NCBI GenBank assembly: GCA_001774395.1
Contig: MEZX01000002.1
Span: forward strand, 96,753-160,752
Reading direction: 5' to 3'
DNA from: Candidatus Berkelbacteria bacterium RIFCSPLOWO2_01_FULL_50_28
GTDB lineage: Bacteria > Patescibacteriota > UBA1384 > 2-12-FULL-50-11
Length of the DNA stretch: 64,000 nucleotides
This document shows positions 1 to 9,751 of this stretch, piece by piece. Numbering within the stretch: position 1 is the stretch's first letter; each line of letters starts with the position of its first letter. Position numbers and translations under genes: made by a program. Below the pieces are notes generated by a model. It did not search any database. It was given only the letters and a program-made list of their open reading frames with translations, and was not told where the DNA came from.

Positions 1-65
1 AAGGGGTTCGACAGGCTGCGGGAAAAGCCGCCCAACAAGCAGCTAAGGCGGCTACTCGGGCGGCT

Positions 66-965
66 ATGGCTGCGGCAAGAGCAGTCGGAGCGCTTATCTC
101 GTCCGGCCCGGTTGGATGGATAATTCTCGCCATCCTGATCATTATTATTCTGGTTTTTATTCTCATAGCGATCCCATCGTTTAGCGGCATATTTGGTGGC
201 GGGCCTGGATCTTACCCAACCACCCAGGTCCAGAAAGAGCAGGCAACACTACTGGCGGCGCTAGCCGGTGATCGTATCTCGAAAAACGAAGTTGTTTTAG
301 AAGTGGTTAAGGATGAGAAAGAGCGCTACGGCCGCATCGAGTCCAACGCCACAAAATATGACCCTAGCTTGAGTGCTTCCATCACGGCCAAGAAAGTTGA
401 ATTTAGCAAGCTACTCGATTCGATGATGGCCGAAACTAATCTCGACCGCAAAAAGGCCGCCGTCAAAGACATTCAGGCGAAAATGATCTTGTTTGAAAAC
501 ACCCTGCCGTTTGGGAGATGGATTTTTAGCATCGCCAGCGCCAGTGTCGATCAGCCAAGCGGCAATTTTTGTCGAGTGACAAAGGTTGCCGGCACCCTAG
601 CCTGCGCCTCATTCGTCTCAACTGTTTTGTCTGACGCCGGCGTACCCAACTCGATCGTTGCTACTACTGAAGCCGTTTGGGAGATCGCCGGGTTGCGAAC
701 GGTCGTGAACCGCCCAGACACCAAAAGCGACTCGCTGTTCGATAAAAGCAAAGGGGCTTTACGTCCAGGGGACATTATCTGGTGGGGCGATGGGAACTGT
801 AGCTCGGTCAAACGAGCCACCAAAATATTTGATCACGTCGGTTTTTACATTGGAGACGGCATGTCGATTGATAATAGTTCCGAATTGGAGAAAGTGGCAA
901 AACGCCATGTAACCGGCCGTGATTGTTGGGCATTTAACGGAGCCAAGAGATATGGTAGCGACTAA
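66..965 (+). CDS. Membrane-anchored NlpC/P60-family (CHAP-superfamily) cysteine peptidase, putative cell-wall hydrolase. The frame is open back to nt 3, so the true start may lie upstream of the window.
   Basis: N-terminal Ala/Lys-rich stretch followed by a TM helix (WIILAILIIIILVFILIAI). Catalytic-type motifs LACASFV (Cys) and HVGFYIGDG (His) match the NlpC/P60 'DCSGFV...HVGIYIG' pattern. Confidence 0.6.
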   Translation: MAAARAVGALISSGPVGWIILAILIIIILVFILIAIPSFSGIFGGGPGSYPTTQVQKEQATLLAALAGDRISKNEVVLEVVKDEKERYGRIESNATKYDPSLSASITAKKVEFSKLLDSMMAETNLDRKKAAVKDIQAKMILFENTLPFGRWIFSIASASVDQPSGNFCRVTKVAGTLACASFVSTVLSDAGVPNSIVATTEAVWEIAGLRTVVNRPDTKSDSLFDKSKGALRPGDIIWWGDGNCSSVKRATKIFDHVGFYIGDGMSIDNSSELEKVAKRHVTGRDCWAFNGAKRYGSD

Positions 966-3900
966 CCGTCGAGGGCTCTTGGTATTACTGGCGACCCTGA
1001 TTGCCGTTTCACCGTTAATGCTCTCTGTTGCTTTTACCACGCCCGTTAAGGCGGTCGCCAGTTCTGTATCGTGGACGGACGGCGCTAACGGCTCACCGGA
1101 GGATATGCTTGGAAACCCCAACTACTACCAGGTCGCCAGCTCTTTAACCACCCTTGGAGCAGTGCTCTCCACCCGCGACAAGCTAGTGATATCGCCGCAG
1201 GACATGAATTACATCAAAGACGGAAAAGTGGACGTGCGCACCACTGATTACCTGATCTACCTAGTAACACCTGTTGAACTGGGCGGCGCTGGATTCGACC
1301 ACATCAAAGCCGGGCGGCTACTTAAAAACTACGACAGCGAGGGCGTTGGCAAATACGACCGCGAGACACTGGCCGCGGTGGAAGAGGACCAGAGCTTTGT
1401 CTCAACCCATAACCGCGGCACGGCGGTTGATGTTACTCAAGTTGGCTCAATTACCTGCAAACTAATCGAAAAAAGACACGTCGGTGGCAATACTACAAAG
1501 TGGCAAGCGCCCCGTAACATCGAGGTTGCCTGGCAGTCAACGGCCGGCATCGCTCGTCATCCCACACCGAAAGGTCCCAGTTTGGTGGAGATTGCCGGCG
1601 GTCTTACCGCCCAGGGCTGGTTGCGGCTCCTTAACGATTCCGGACAGCTGGACGAGGTGGCGGACTTTGTTAAGGGGCTGGACTTCAACAGTATCGTTGC
1701 CTATGTAGGGGCAAACATTCTTATCAAGCACTACGGCGCTGGTGACGTGACTTCCGATCCGCTAGCCAACGGCTTAATCGCAACGATCGGCGCCTCGGTT
1801 CTGCAGAAATCTATTCCCGATCTGCCAGCCGGTTTTGGAATTGCCTCGCGCGACGACGACATCCGCGTGGCTATGGTTAAGGCGCGGCTTGAAGAAACAC
1901 TAAACTTGCCGCCCGGGTCGCTTCGTGGCTGGGGTTGGAACGAGCTACTTAAGAGCACCGGCAAGCGTAACCTCGAGGGAGCGTTAAGCCTGCCTGCCCT
2001 ATTTCTCGAATCGCACGATCTAGCCCAACTCAACTCCTCCGCCAAGAACAACGGGGCAGTTAAGATGCTGAAGCGCAACGACGACGCGTTTAATGTGCCG
2101 CGCGGCTCCTTAGAAAAGATTCGCGCCAACGACGAGGATGGCTTGAAGTTGGCCGGGGTAAATATCCTCGCCGATGCCTTGCGCCTAACCGACGTCCAGA
2201 AGAGCGAGTTGTTGAAGATTGCTCAGAATAAACCGGGGCATGTTGACCTAACGGCCGTGCCGCTCGACGACAAAATTACCCCGACAGATCTACAGCTACT
2301 CTTCTCCCCCAAAGACTCCGACCATCAAGAAGTAGCCGGTAAATTCAAACAGCTCGGTCTCCAGATGTTGCAAGAGGCGATCAAGAAAGCGACTCCCAAC
2401 CAGTATCTCGGCGTTACAACTGACCTACTGAATAAGTTGGCTTACGGACAGCAAGATATGTTGCTCGGCAAGGTCACCGACGATATCGGGGCCAAAAAGA
2501 TTGCTGCCGACTCTGGGATAAAGGTTGAAGATTCTAAGAAGATCACTAGCGGCAAAGATAGCCCCTTGGCCAGCCAGATCGCCAAGTACATTAACGACGA
2601 GTTTCGTCTCTCGGGCAACGGCGCGGTAAATGCCGAGGAAACCAACGGCGTTCTAAAAGGTAGCAACTTCAAGGTTTTCGAGCGCCTCGGCGGAGCGCAG
2701 ATCGACAAAGCGTTGGATTTCAACTCTGGTACCAGCTTCGAGATCATTAGCGGCAAGAAGGATCTTGGCGATGGCTTGAAAGAAGCCTTTGCTCGCTCGA
2801 TCGGCTCAATTGTGGGTATTGATCGTGACTACCCATTGGACTTGAACGGTAACTTACAGCGCAACTACGGCACAGCCATCATTGAGTCCCGACTCGGTTT
2901 AACGAAGGGTCGGCTGAGCAGTATGAGTAGTGAAGAGAAAGTAACGTTTTTTGGCGGCAACAAAGATTCCTGGCAGTATAGCGATGTGCGCCTCGGTCTA
3001 CCTGCCGGCAGCTCGCAAGCGTTCTTTGAAGGTAAAATCACCGCCGACCAGCTAGCCGACAAGGCGGCCAACAACAACATCAAAGAAATCGCCGTCGATC
3101 AAATTTGGAATTTTTTCGATACTTCCGGTAAGTACAAAGTTGGCGACAGCGACGCCAAGGAGATTATTGAAACATTTAGTGACTGGTCGGCGAAAGAGCC
3201 GGCAGACCGCGACAAAGCGATTGCTCTAGCGCTGAAGATCGCCGGACGAAGCTTCGACCAAAAAGCCTCCTTTGCGATTGACTTTGTACGTGGCATTTCC
3301 GACGGCGGCCAAGACGAACAGAATACTAAACGAGTGATCAAAGAGGGCGTTCGGTTACTTTTCGAGGCGATGGGGATTAACGAGAAGTTCGGAGGCTCTC
3401 AGTCGCCAGACAAAATGGCCGAACTTTTGCTGAAAACCTACCAAGACACTTCCTTTAATCCAGCCGGTTCGAGCGGTAACCCCGAGATCGGCGGAATTCC
3501 CCAAGGACGACTGGAAGATTTCATCAGTAAAGCCACCGGCATCCCGAAAGAGTTCATGCCTGATATACGGGCTTTTATCGGTGGCGATTACCGCTTAGCT
3601 ATCAACCACTGGTCTGGAGCGATGTGGACCGATTTTGCCAATAGGTTCCTGCCTGAAGACAACGTTCTTAAATACGAAGATATTCGCAACTCAGTTATTA
3701 TGGACAACCAGACGTTGATCGATCAGGAAGCGTTCCGCCTTTATACTGTTGCCCAGGAAGAGCTTGGCGCCACCTATAACCTAGAAAACTTCAACCTTCT
3801 CAGCTACGACCAGCAGCAAGAGTTCCGCGCCCAAGCGCGTAAGCAACTGATGCAGCGCTTTGACGCCGAAGCCCGTTACAAGATTTCTGATGCCTTTTTG

Positions 3901-5334
3901 AATCAGTCGCTATACGACAAAAAGATCGTTGTGCCGAAAGATTTCTCCAAGATTATGTTTACCGGCACCGACAAACAGCGCGGCGAGCTTCTAACCGATT
4001 TCGCCATTGCCAATCTTGATGTAGCCCTAACCGAAGTCATACCTGGGTACAAGGCAGGGACATTGCAGTTGATGTTCGATGGCGACCTAACGGATACCGA
4101 GAAAAAGGCGATATTACTGAACCAAATATACAGCTACGGCGCCCAGCTGGCCGGATCGTCATTCAACAGTATCACTGGGCTCGGTGAGGACTTTTTGGGA
4201 GACTTTGCGACATTTGTGGTCTCTGGTGGAAAGAGCAACTTCTACACTGACCCGAAGTACGAGTCGATGTGGAGCTCTCTGGACGGTTGGCTGACGAGTA
4301 ATATAGGGATCGACGGTCTGCCAGTGGGAATATCGAAGTCAATTTACCTGGCGTTTAACGGTAAGTTTGATGCTGGTCGCAGCCTCAAAGGGGCGAACGG
4401 ACAGATCATCGTACCGTCACTCAATAGCCTCGGGCGAGACTTTCTAACTAACCGCGTTACCCAGTGGGCCGACGACGCTCTGGGAATGCCGGCTGGCACC
4501 GTCTATCAGTTGTACCAAGCAACAGTTGCTGTTATCCGGGCCTCCGAAGCGCTTTCGGCAATTCAGGCCGCGGCACCGGCGCTCAACTTAGTTGGTGTCT
4601 CCGCCGACCAGCTCACCGCCGCCGCTCGGGGTAATCTGCAGGCCGCCCAGAATCAACTCGTTTACCTTGCTATCACCACCGCTTTGAATGCCTGCGCCGC
4701 TTGCCAGGAGTTCTTCGGTTCAGTCGATCAGGCACTCGCCGCTCCCCCGGGTTTCACCAACGCCGCCGTCGCCGGTGCGATCGCCAACTCGCTTGGTATG
4801 GGCCCGATCGGGCTCTACATTGCCGCCGCAATATACTTGTTTGGCGTTTACGACGTTGACTACCGCTGTCCGGTGCCGCCGAACGAGCGCTACGCCTACA
4901 CCCAGTTCGACGAAAAGCCAGACCAAATCGTCTACAAGTGGGGTAGCTACTACAACGACCCCGCAGTTACGGTGAAGTCTAACCCCAAACTAGGGAACAA
5001 ATACTTGGGTAAATTTGACGAAAACCCGTTTGATTGGGACAACAGTGTGCCGTTTAGCGACGGGAACGATTCCAACCTCTGGATGTACTGGTCGCGCTAT
5101 TTCACTGGACGATTGCTTGAAGCAACGCTGGCCTATACCGCCGGTAAGGATAGTCGTGATAAACCAAACCAGATAATTACTTTTCGCCAGGCTAATGTGG
5201 AGTTCTTCGGCACTACCGCCGCGGCCGCTTTTGGTAGCAAAGGAAAAGATAACGAACGCGTGGGGCTTGGATTCTCGCAGAAGTCGACTAAAACCACCGA
5301 TTGGGTTCACATTGGGTTTGGAGGGTACTTCTAG
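952..5334 (+). CDS. Giant secreted protein (about 1460 aa) with an N-terminal signal peptide and a hydrophobic segment near the C-terminus; function unknown. The ORF track offers an alternative upstream start at 919.
   Basis: Long uninterrupted ORF. Signal-like MVATNRRGLLVLLATLIAVSPLMLSVA; C-terminal hydrophobic helices (GPIGLYIAAAIYLFGVY). Overlaps the upstream gene and abuts the downstream gene (operon). Confidence 0.6.
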   Translation: MVATNRRGLLVLLATLIAVSPLMLSVAFTTPVKAVASSVSWTDGANGSPEDMLGNPNYYQVASSLTTLGAVLSTRDKLVISPQDMNYIKDGKVDVRTTDYLIYLVTPVELGGAGFDHIKAGRLLKNYDSEGVGKYDRETLAAVEEDQSFVSTHNRGTAVDVTQVGSITCKLIEKRHVGGNTTKWQAPRNIEVAWQSTAGIARHPTPKGPSLVEIAGGLTAQGWLRLLNDSGQLDEVADFVKGLDFNSIVAYVGANILIKHYGAGDVTSDPLANGLIATIGASVLQKSIPDLPAGFGIASRDDDIRVAMVKARLEETLNLPPGSLRGWGWNELLKSTGKRNLEGALSLPALFLESHDLAQLNSSAKNNGAVKMLKRNDDAFNVPRGSLEKIRANDEDGLKLAGVNILADALRLTDVQKSELLKIAQNKPGHVDLTAVPLDDKITPTDLQLLFSPKDSDHQEVAGKFKQLGLQMLQEAIKKATPNQYLGVTTDLLNKLAYGQQDMLLGKVTDDIGAKKIAADSGIKVEDSKKITSGKDSPLASQIAKYINDEFRLSGNGAVNAEETNGVLKGSNFKVFERLGGAQIDKALDFNSGTSFEIISGKKDLGDGLKEAFARSIGSIVGIDRDYPLDLNGNLQRNYGTAIIESRLGLTKGRLSSMSSEEKVTFFGGNKDSWQYSDVRLGLPAGSSQAFFEGKITADQLADKAANNNIKEIAVDQIWNFFDTSGKYKVGDSDAKEIIETFSDWSAKEPADRDKAIALALKIAGRSFDQKASFAIDFVRGISDGGQDEQNTKRVIKEGVRLLFEAMGINEKFGGSQSPDKMAELLLKTYQDTSFNPAGSSGNPEIGGIPQGRLEDFISKATGIPKEFMPDIRAFIGGDYRLAINHWSGAMWTDFANRFLPEDNVLKYEDIRNSVIMDNQTLIDQEAFRLYTVAQEELGATYNLENFNLLSYDQQQEFRAQARKQLMQRFDAEARYKISDAFLNQSLYDKKIVVPKDFSKIMFTGTDKQRGELLTDFAIANLDVALTEVIPGYKAGTLQLMFDGDLTDTEKKAILLNQIYSYGAQLAGSSFNSITGLGEDFLGDFATFVVSGGKSNFYTDPKYESMWSSLDGWLTSNIGIDGLPVGISKSIYLAFNGKFDAGRSLKGANGQIIVPSLNSLGRDFLTNRVTQWADDALGMPAGTVYQLYQATVAVIRASEALSAIQAAAPALNLVGVSADQLTAAARGNLQAAQNQLVYLAITTALNACAACQEFFGSVDQALAAPPGFTNAAVAGAIANSLGMGPIGLYIAAAIYLFGVYDVDYRCPVPPNERYAYTQFDEKPDQIVYKWGSYYNDPAVTVKSNPKLGNKYLGKFDENPFDWDNSVPFSDGNDSNLWMYWSRYFTGRLLEATLAYTAGKDSRDKPNQIITFRQANVEFFGTTAAAAFGSKGKDNERVGLGFSQKSTKTTDWVHIGFGGYF

Positions 5335-6522
5335 ATGCGGCGCGGAGGGGCCTTGTGGCTAATTGTCATCGTTATATTTATCGTCCTGACGCTGGTGGCA
5401 GTGGTCCTGCCGTTTGCGGCTTTTGTCGGCATTGGCGCCAGCGGCCCCATTGCGCAAGCAACTGGCGCAGGCGGTAGCGGGCTAGGATGTTTTGTTGCCG
5501 ACCAGGAATTCTCTAATATATCTGTCGCTAACAATCCCGACGAAATCGTCGTCAAACTGGGCGCTAAGTATCCCGCCGCGAAACTGAACGCCGCTTATAT
5601 TAAACAAGTCCTCGAGAGAGGTAAGAAGGAAGGACTCAACCCCCTTATACCGCTGGCTATTTGGAACGGCGAACAGAACTTCAAGAACCCCGAGAAGGCT
5701 TTTGGATACGGCTATCGTGACTCCGGAACCGACAAAGGAGTATCAAATTGGGACGCGCAGTTGAACGGCGTTTACCGCTCGACCCGTTTGGCGACGCAGT
5801 CTCAGGACCCTTACGACAGCCCTTCCGGAACAAATTCATTCACTCGACTTTTCTACCACTACACTACGGCCATGAAAGTAATCTACGAGAACAGCGGTAA
5901 CTCTTGGGACGAGGAAGCCACCTATAAGGACGGTAGTAAGCCTCTAAAGAATCGCCTTGCCGTAATTCGCTTGCTCGCTCCCAGCCAAGTTACCTGTCAA
6001 TCCGTACTGGTCTCTGGTGTGAGCTCCGGGCAAGGGAACGACGGCGTGCCGCTTTTCAAGCAAGGTGATTACAAAAACATCGATTACGCCCCTGGCAATA
6101 GTATCGCCGCATCCGGCTGTTGCACAACTGCTGCTGCGATGATTCTGCGATTTTATGGCAAGCTCGACGCCGATCCAATCTCAATCTCGAAATTCTCCTA
6201 CCAAAATGGAGCCTATGTAGCAGGTAAGGGGACAGATCACGCCAAGTTAGTGCCACTGCTGGCTAAAAAATACAGCCTGAACTACGAAGTTCTGGGAAAC
6301 GACTGGAGCAGAGCGCTAACTCACCTCACTAACAACCATCCGCTCTTAGCGGCAGGGAAGGGCGCCCTACCGTACACTTCAGGCGGTCACTGCATCGTGA
6401 TAACTGGGTATAACGCCAAAACCGGCGAGCTCCGTATTAATAACCCGGCCAAAGGTGACGGACCGTATCCGTTAAGCCAAATTAAGTCCGAGACACATGC
6501 GCTATACTTTTTGGGACGATGA
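5335..6522 (+). CDS. Membrane-anchored secreted protein with a C-terminal papain-fold peptidase C39-like domain.
   Basis: Start codon immediately follows the stop of the giant ORF. N-terminal TM helix. Motifs ASGCCTTAAAMILRFYG (C39 Cys block, cf. 'DCGxAALxMxLxxYG') and GGHCIVITGY (His block). Confidence 0.6.
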   Translation: MRRGGALWLIVIVIFIVLTLVAVVLPFAAFVGIGASGPIAQATGAGGSGLGCFVADQEFSNISVANNPDEIVVKLGAKYPAAKLNAAYIKQVLERGKKEGLNPLIPLAIWNGEQNFKNPEKAFGYGYRDSGTDKGVSNWDAQLNGVYRSTRLATQSQDPYDSPSGTNSFTRLFYHYTTAMKVIYENSGNSWDEEATYKDGSKPLKNRLAVIRLLAPSQVTCQSVLVSGVSSGQGNDGVPLFKQGDYKNIDYAPGNSIAASGCCTTAAAMILRFYGKLDADPISISKFSYQNGAYVAGKGTDHAKLVPLLAKKYSLNYEVLGNDWSRALTHLTNNHPLLAAGKGALPYTSGGHCIVITGYNAKTGELRINNPAKGDGPYPLSQIKSETHALYFLGR

Positions 6523-7112
6523 GTAAGAAACTAATATTTGTCATTGGTGGGCTGGTAGCCATTGGGGCACTGCTGTTTGCTTGGTTCTCTCAACGTGGCA
6601 CCCTAGAGGTTGTCCTCGGCCAAGAAAGTAAGATCAAAAATGGTGTTGAGTTCAGCCTGAGTAATGACAAATTCCGTCAAACTCGCACTCTTCCCGCCAC
6701 CTTAAAAATGTCACCAGGAAAATACACCTTGTACGCCTACGGTAAAGACAGTGACGTCTTTCGTCGCGAGTTTTCGATAGTCGCCGGCGATAAAACATCG
6801 ATCGAAGTACTATTGGGGAACAACCCCAACCAAGCCCTAATAGACTCGACGACCGATTTTAATAACGCCGAGAGTATCCCGTACTACACACTCTTCCCTT
6901 ATGATGGTGGGGATTTTGCAATTGAAGCAACTCCAGACTTTGGTGACAAGCGCATTTCGAAAATAACCATTACCGTGTTTCACCGCTTCGCTCCACCAAG
7001 TGATGCAGAGATGTACACCTCCGAGCGTGATATTGGCGTTAAGGCCGCTAAGAAGTGGCTACAAAAAAACCAGGTGCCTTCGAGCATCCCAATCGAGATC
7101 ATCGACAACTAG
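6519..7112 (+). CDS. Hypothetical N-terminally membrane-anchored protein, last gene of the operon.
   Basis: ATGA overlap with the upstream gene; N-terminal TM helix LIFVIGGLVAIGALLFAWF; no recognised motifs. Confidence 0.5.
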   Translation: MSKKLIFVIGGLVAIGALLFAWFSQRGTLEVVLGQESKIKNGVEFSLSNDKFRQTRTLPATLKMSPGKYTLYAYGKDSDVFRREFSIVAGDKTSIEVLLGNNPNQALIDSTTDFNNAESIPYYTLFPYDGGDFAIEATPDFGDKRISKITITVFHRFAPPSDAEMYTSERDIGVKAAKKWLQKNQVPSSIPIEIIDN

Positions 7113-7390
7113 CCTCGACCGCGCTCAACCGAAATCCGCAGCTTTCTTGGTGAAGTTTTACCGCCCACAACCAATCCGACAATTGCGTAAATTTTTGGCT
7201 TTAGAAGGCTCAGTTTGAACGCCCCCTGCTCAGACTCGCAGTTAATCACAATATCCTTGGGCCGAATAACAACTCTTACCTTTAAGCCAAACTTCTCAAG
7301 TATTTTGGTTTGAATTTGCTGCGCTTGATAGATGCGCTTCAGCGGCCCTGAGTCTGGTTGGTGCAAGATACTCTTTAGAGACTCAAGCAT
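7109..7390 (-). CDS. Small protein downstream of recF, DUF721-like (RecF-associated).
   Basis: 8-nt overlap with the recF stop. Conserved genomic position of DUF721 genes. Weak match to the DUF721 pattern (VVIRPKDIVINCESEQGAFKLSLL). Confidence 0.4.
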   Translation of the reverse strand: MLESLKSILHQPDSGPLKRIYQAQQIQTKILEKFGLKVRVVIRPKDIVINCESEQGAFKLSLLKPKIYAIVGLVVGGKTSPRKLRISVERGRG

Positions 7391-8432
7391 TACGGCTCGG
7401 ATTATTTAAGTTAATTAGGTCGTACCCCTTAAGAGCTGTCTGCTCTACTTTGGTTAGAATCACTTGAAAACCGGGGTTAAAGAGCCCCAACGCCGCTTGG
7501 CCGTTCTTTTCGTCTAGCTCGGAGAACAGATCATCCAGCAGTACGAGCGGTTCGCGACCAAGTGAGCTAGCAACAAAGTCCGCCTCCGCCGCCTTCAAAG
7601 CCAACACCAGCAGCCTGGCCTGACCGCGCGAGCTGAATCGGCGCGCCGGCCGATCGTTGAAGTAAAAAATAACCTCGTCACGATGCGGTCCGAACAGATT
7701 CTGGCTAGCTTTTATCTCCTGTTCTTGTAGCGCCGCTATATCTTCGTCACTGAAGTCGTACTTCAACCCAAAAGATCCCGGAATTATCTTGTGCTTCTCA
7801 GTAAGCCACTCCCCGATAAAAGTCGTCAGCTCGCTGCGCTTTTCTCTAACTGTTCCCGTTAATCGCACCAGCAGTTCGTTCCATGGCCCAAGCTCGTCTC
7901 GCCCAGCCCGGCCGATTTTGATGGAAAAAAGTAGTGCCGATCTCTCGCGCAGTACTTTTTGCAGTTCAAGGTAGTCGTAACGAAACTGCTTATCTATTTG
8001 AAAGAGGACGCCGTCAAGATAGCGGCGGCGGCGCTCCGGCGCTCCGAGCACGATATCTAAATCACTAGGGAGAAACAGAACTGTTGGCAGGGTACCAATA
8101 AAGTCCAGCCATTCGGTTCGGTTACCATTTACAGCCAGGTGTCGTTCGTTTACTTGGGCCCCAGGGAACGGAGAGCCAAAGAAAAGTTCGACCTCCGTCT
8201 CTTTACCATCTTGCTGGATAGTCGCTGAAAGCCGAAAACTGTCTCGCTCAAACATAACAGCTTCCGAAAAAGACACCCCATGCAAACTCTTACCAATAGA
8301 TAACAGGCGGATCGCTTCCAGCAGGCTGGTCTTGCCGCTACCGTTATCGCCCGAAACAACAGTTTTCTTACCTAATCCATACTCGGCCTCGGTAAAGTTG
8401 CGAAATCGCTCTAGGCGCAATTTCTGCAGCAT
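7383..8432 (-). CDS. recF: DNA replication and repair protein RecF.
   Basis: Walker A GDNGSGKTSLLEAI; ABC/SMC signature region LLDDLFSELDEKN; sits directly after dnaN. Confidence 0.9.
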   Translation of the reverse strand: MLQKLRLERFRNFTEAEYGLGKKTVVSGDNGSGKTSLLEAIRLLSIGKSLHGVSFSEAVMFERDSFRLSATIQQDGKETEVELFFGSPFPGAQVNERHLAVNGNRTEWLDFIGTLPTVLFLPSDLDIVLGAPERRRRYLDGVLFQIDKQFRYDYLELQKVLRERSALLFSIKIGRAGRDELGPWNELLVRLTGTVREKRSELTTFIGEWLTEKHKIIPGSFGLKYDFSDEDIAALQEQEIKASQNLFGPHRDEVIFYFNDRPARRFSSRGQARLLVLALKAAEADFVASSLGREPLVLLDDLFSELDEKNGQAALGLFNPGFQVILTKVEQTALKGYDLINLNNPSRNA

Positions 8433-9521
8433 CTAGTCGCTGCGTAACGGCATCAACAAGTAAAGCATCTTCTCCCCACCTGTCGGACGAACAACTATCG
8501 GGCTCTTAGCGTCATTTAGGCCGATCTGGACGTCCCCAGAGAGAACCGCCAGGGCATCGATTAGATACTGGGCATTAATCGAAACTATTACCTCGCTCTC
8601 AACTTTCTCCGTTAACGGAATTTCGTTAGTGTTCTCCCCTAATTGAGTTGAAACTGCTGTGATTGTTATCTTGTTATCTTTAAAAAGAATCTTTGTGCTG
8701 TAGGCCGAGTCGCGCGAGAAGAGGCTTGCCATACGAAGCCCTTGAAGTAACGAGCTCGAGGCAACGGTTAGGGTGGTGGGGGTTTTCTTGGGGATAATCG
8801 CCTCATAAGCTGGGTAGCTACCATCAAGAACTCTGCTCGTTAGACGAGTATCGCCAACAACAAACTTTACCTGATTGGTGGAGGCAGACATTGTAATCGT
8901 GTCAGACCCGTCCAGTTTAGAGAGCTCCGCCATCGTTCGGCGAGGAAGGATGAAATCACCCTCAGTCTCTTGATTTAGAGCAATCTCGCAGCTGGCCAGA
9001 CGATAGCCATCCGTACCGACAACGACCAGGTTCTTACCCTTGAATCGCCAGAGTAAACTGTTCAAAATCGGTCGGGAATCGTCCTGAGCGCTGGCGATAA
9101 TGCAGCGGCTAATTGCCTCCACGATTTTACTAGTCGGAAGCTCGACAGAACTCTCCCCTTTTGCCTGGGGAACGCTCGGATACTCCTCGGCTGGTAATCC
9201 TTTTATCTGAGCTTTGTGGTTCAGGGAGGATATCTTTAATGTGGTGTCGTCACCCTCTATAAGGATCTCTTTATCGGCATTACTTTGTAAATAATCCCCA
9301 AAAAGACGAGCTGGGACGGTGAGCTTTCCAACTTCTTCTCCGTCACCAACAACCTCAGTTTCTATGGTTTGTTCTAAGTTTGTGGCTTGAACCACCAATT
9401 TGGTCTTACTGGCAATCAGCAGGATATTTTGAAGTATCGGTAATGTTGACCGATTGGAGGTTAGTCGTCCGGCAATGCCAACTGCCTTAGCTAAGTTTTC
9501 GCGCGTGGTTCTAAATTTCAT
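8433..9521 (-). CDS. dnaN: DNA polymerase III beta sliding clamp.
   Basis: 362 aa. N-terminus MKFRTTRENLAKAVGIAGRLTSNRSTLPILQNILL is typical of DnaN. Position between dnaA and recF. Confidence 0.9.
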   Translation of the reverse strand: MKFRTTRENLAKAVGIAGRLTSNRSTLPILQNILLIASKTKLVVQATNLEQTIETEVVGDGEEVGKLTVPARLFGDYLQSNADKEILIEGDDTTLKISSLNHKAQIKGLPAEEYPSVPQAKGESSVELPTSKIVEAISRCIIASAQDDSRPILNSLLWRFKGKNLVVVGTDGYRLASCEIALNQETEGDFILPRRTMAELSKLDGSDTITMSASTNQVKFVVGDTRLTSRVLDGSYPAYEAIIPKKTPTTLTVASSSLLQGLRMASLFSRDSAYSTKILFKDNKITITAVSTQLGENTNEIPLTEKVESEVIVSINAQYLIDALAVLSGDVQIGLNDAKSPIVVRPTGGEKMLYLLMPLRSD

Positions 9522-9751
9522 TTTGTGTCTTAGTGGGTTGGTGAATATATATTTTATTTAGTTTACCTAAACAGTATTTGTAATTAGCGTTGGGGATTTG
9601 TGGGTTGTATGGTTTCATCTCTGTGTAGAAAAACTTACATCCTGTGGAAAAGTTGTGCAAATCCTGTGGAGTACCAAACGAACCAGTTGTACCGACAGTA
9701 CTTACTTTTTGCGTCCCCTTCTGGTTGGTAGTTTTCCACATGATATCCACT
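9522..9751. promoter_or_regulatory. oriC: Candidate oriC: the dnaA-dnaN intergenic region with an AT-rich stretch and clustered DnaA-box-like 9-mers.
   Basis: AT-rich ATATATATTTTATTTAGTTT near 9546-9570. DnaA-box variants (consensus TTATCCACA) at TGTGGAAAA 9644-9652, TGTGGAGTA 9666-9674, TTTTCCACA 9732-9740 and TATCCAC 9744-9750. One more TTTTCCACA lies upstream of dnaA at 11146-11154. Confidence 0.65.
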
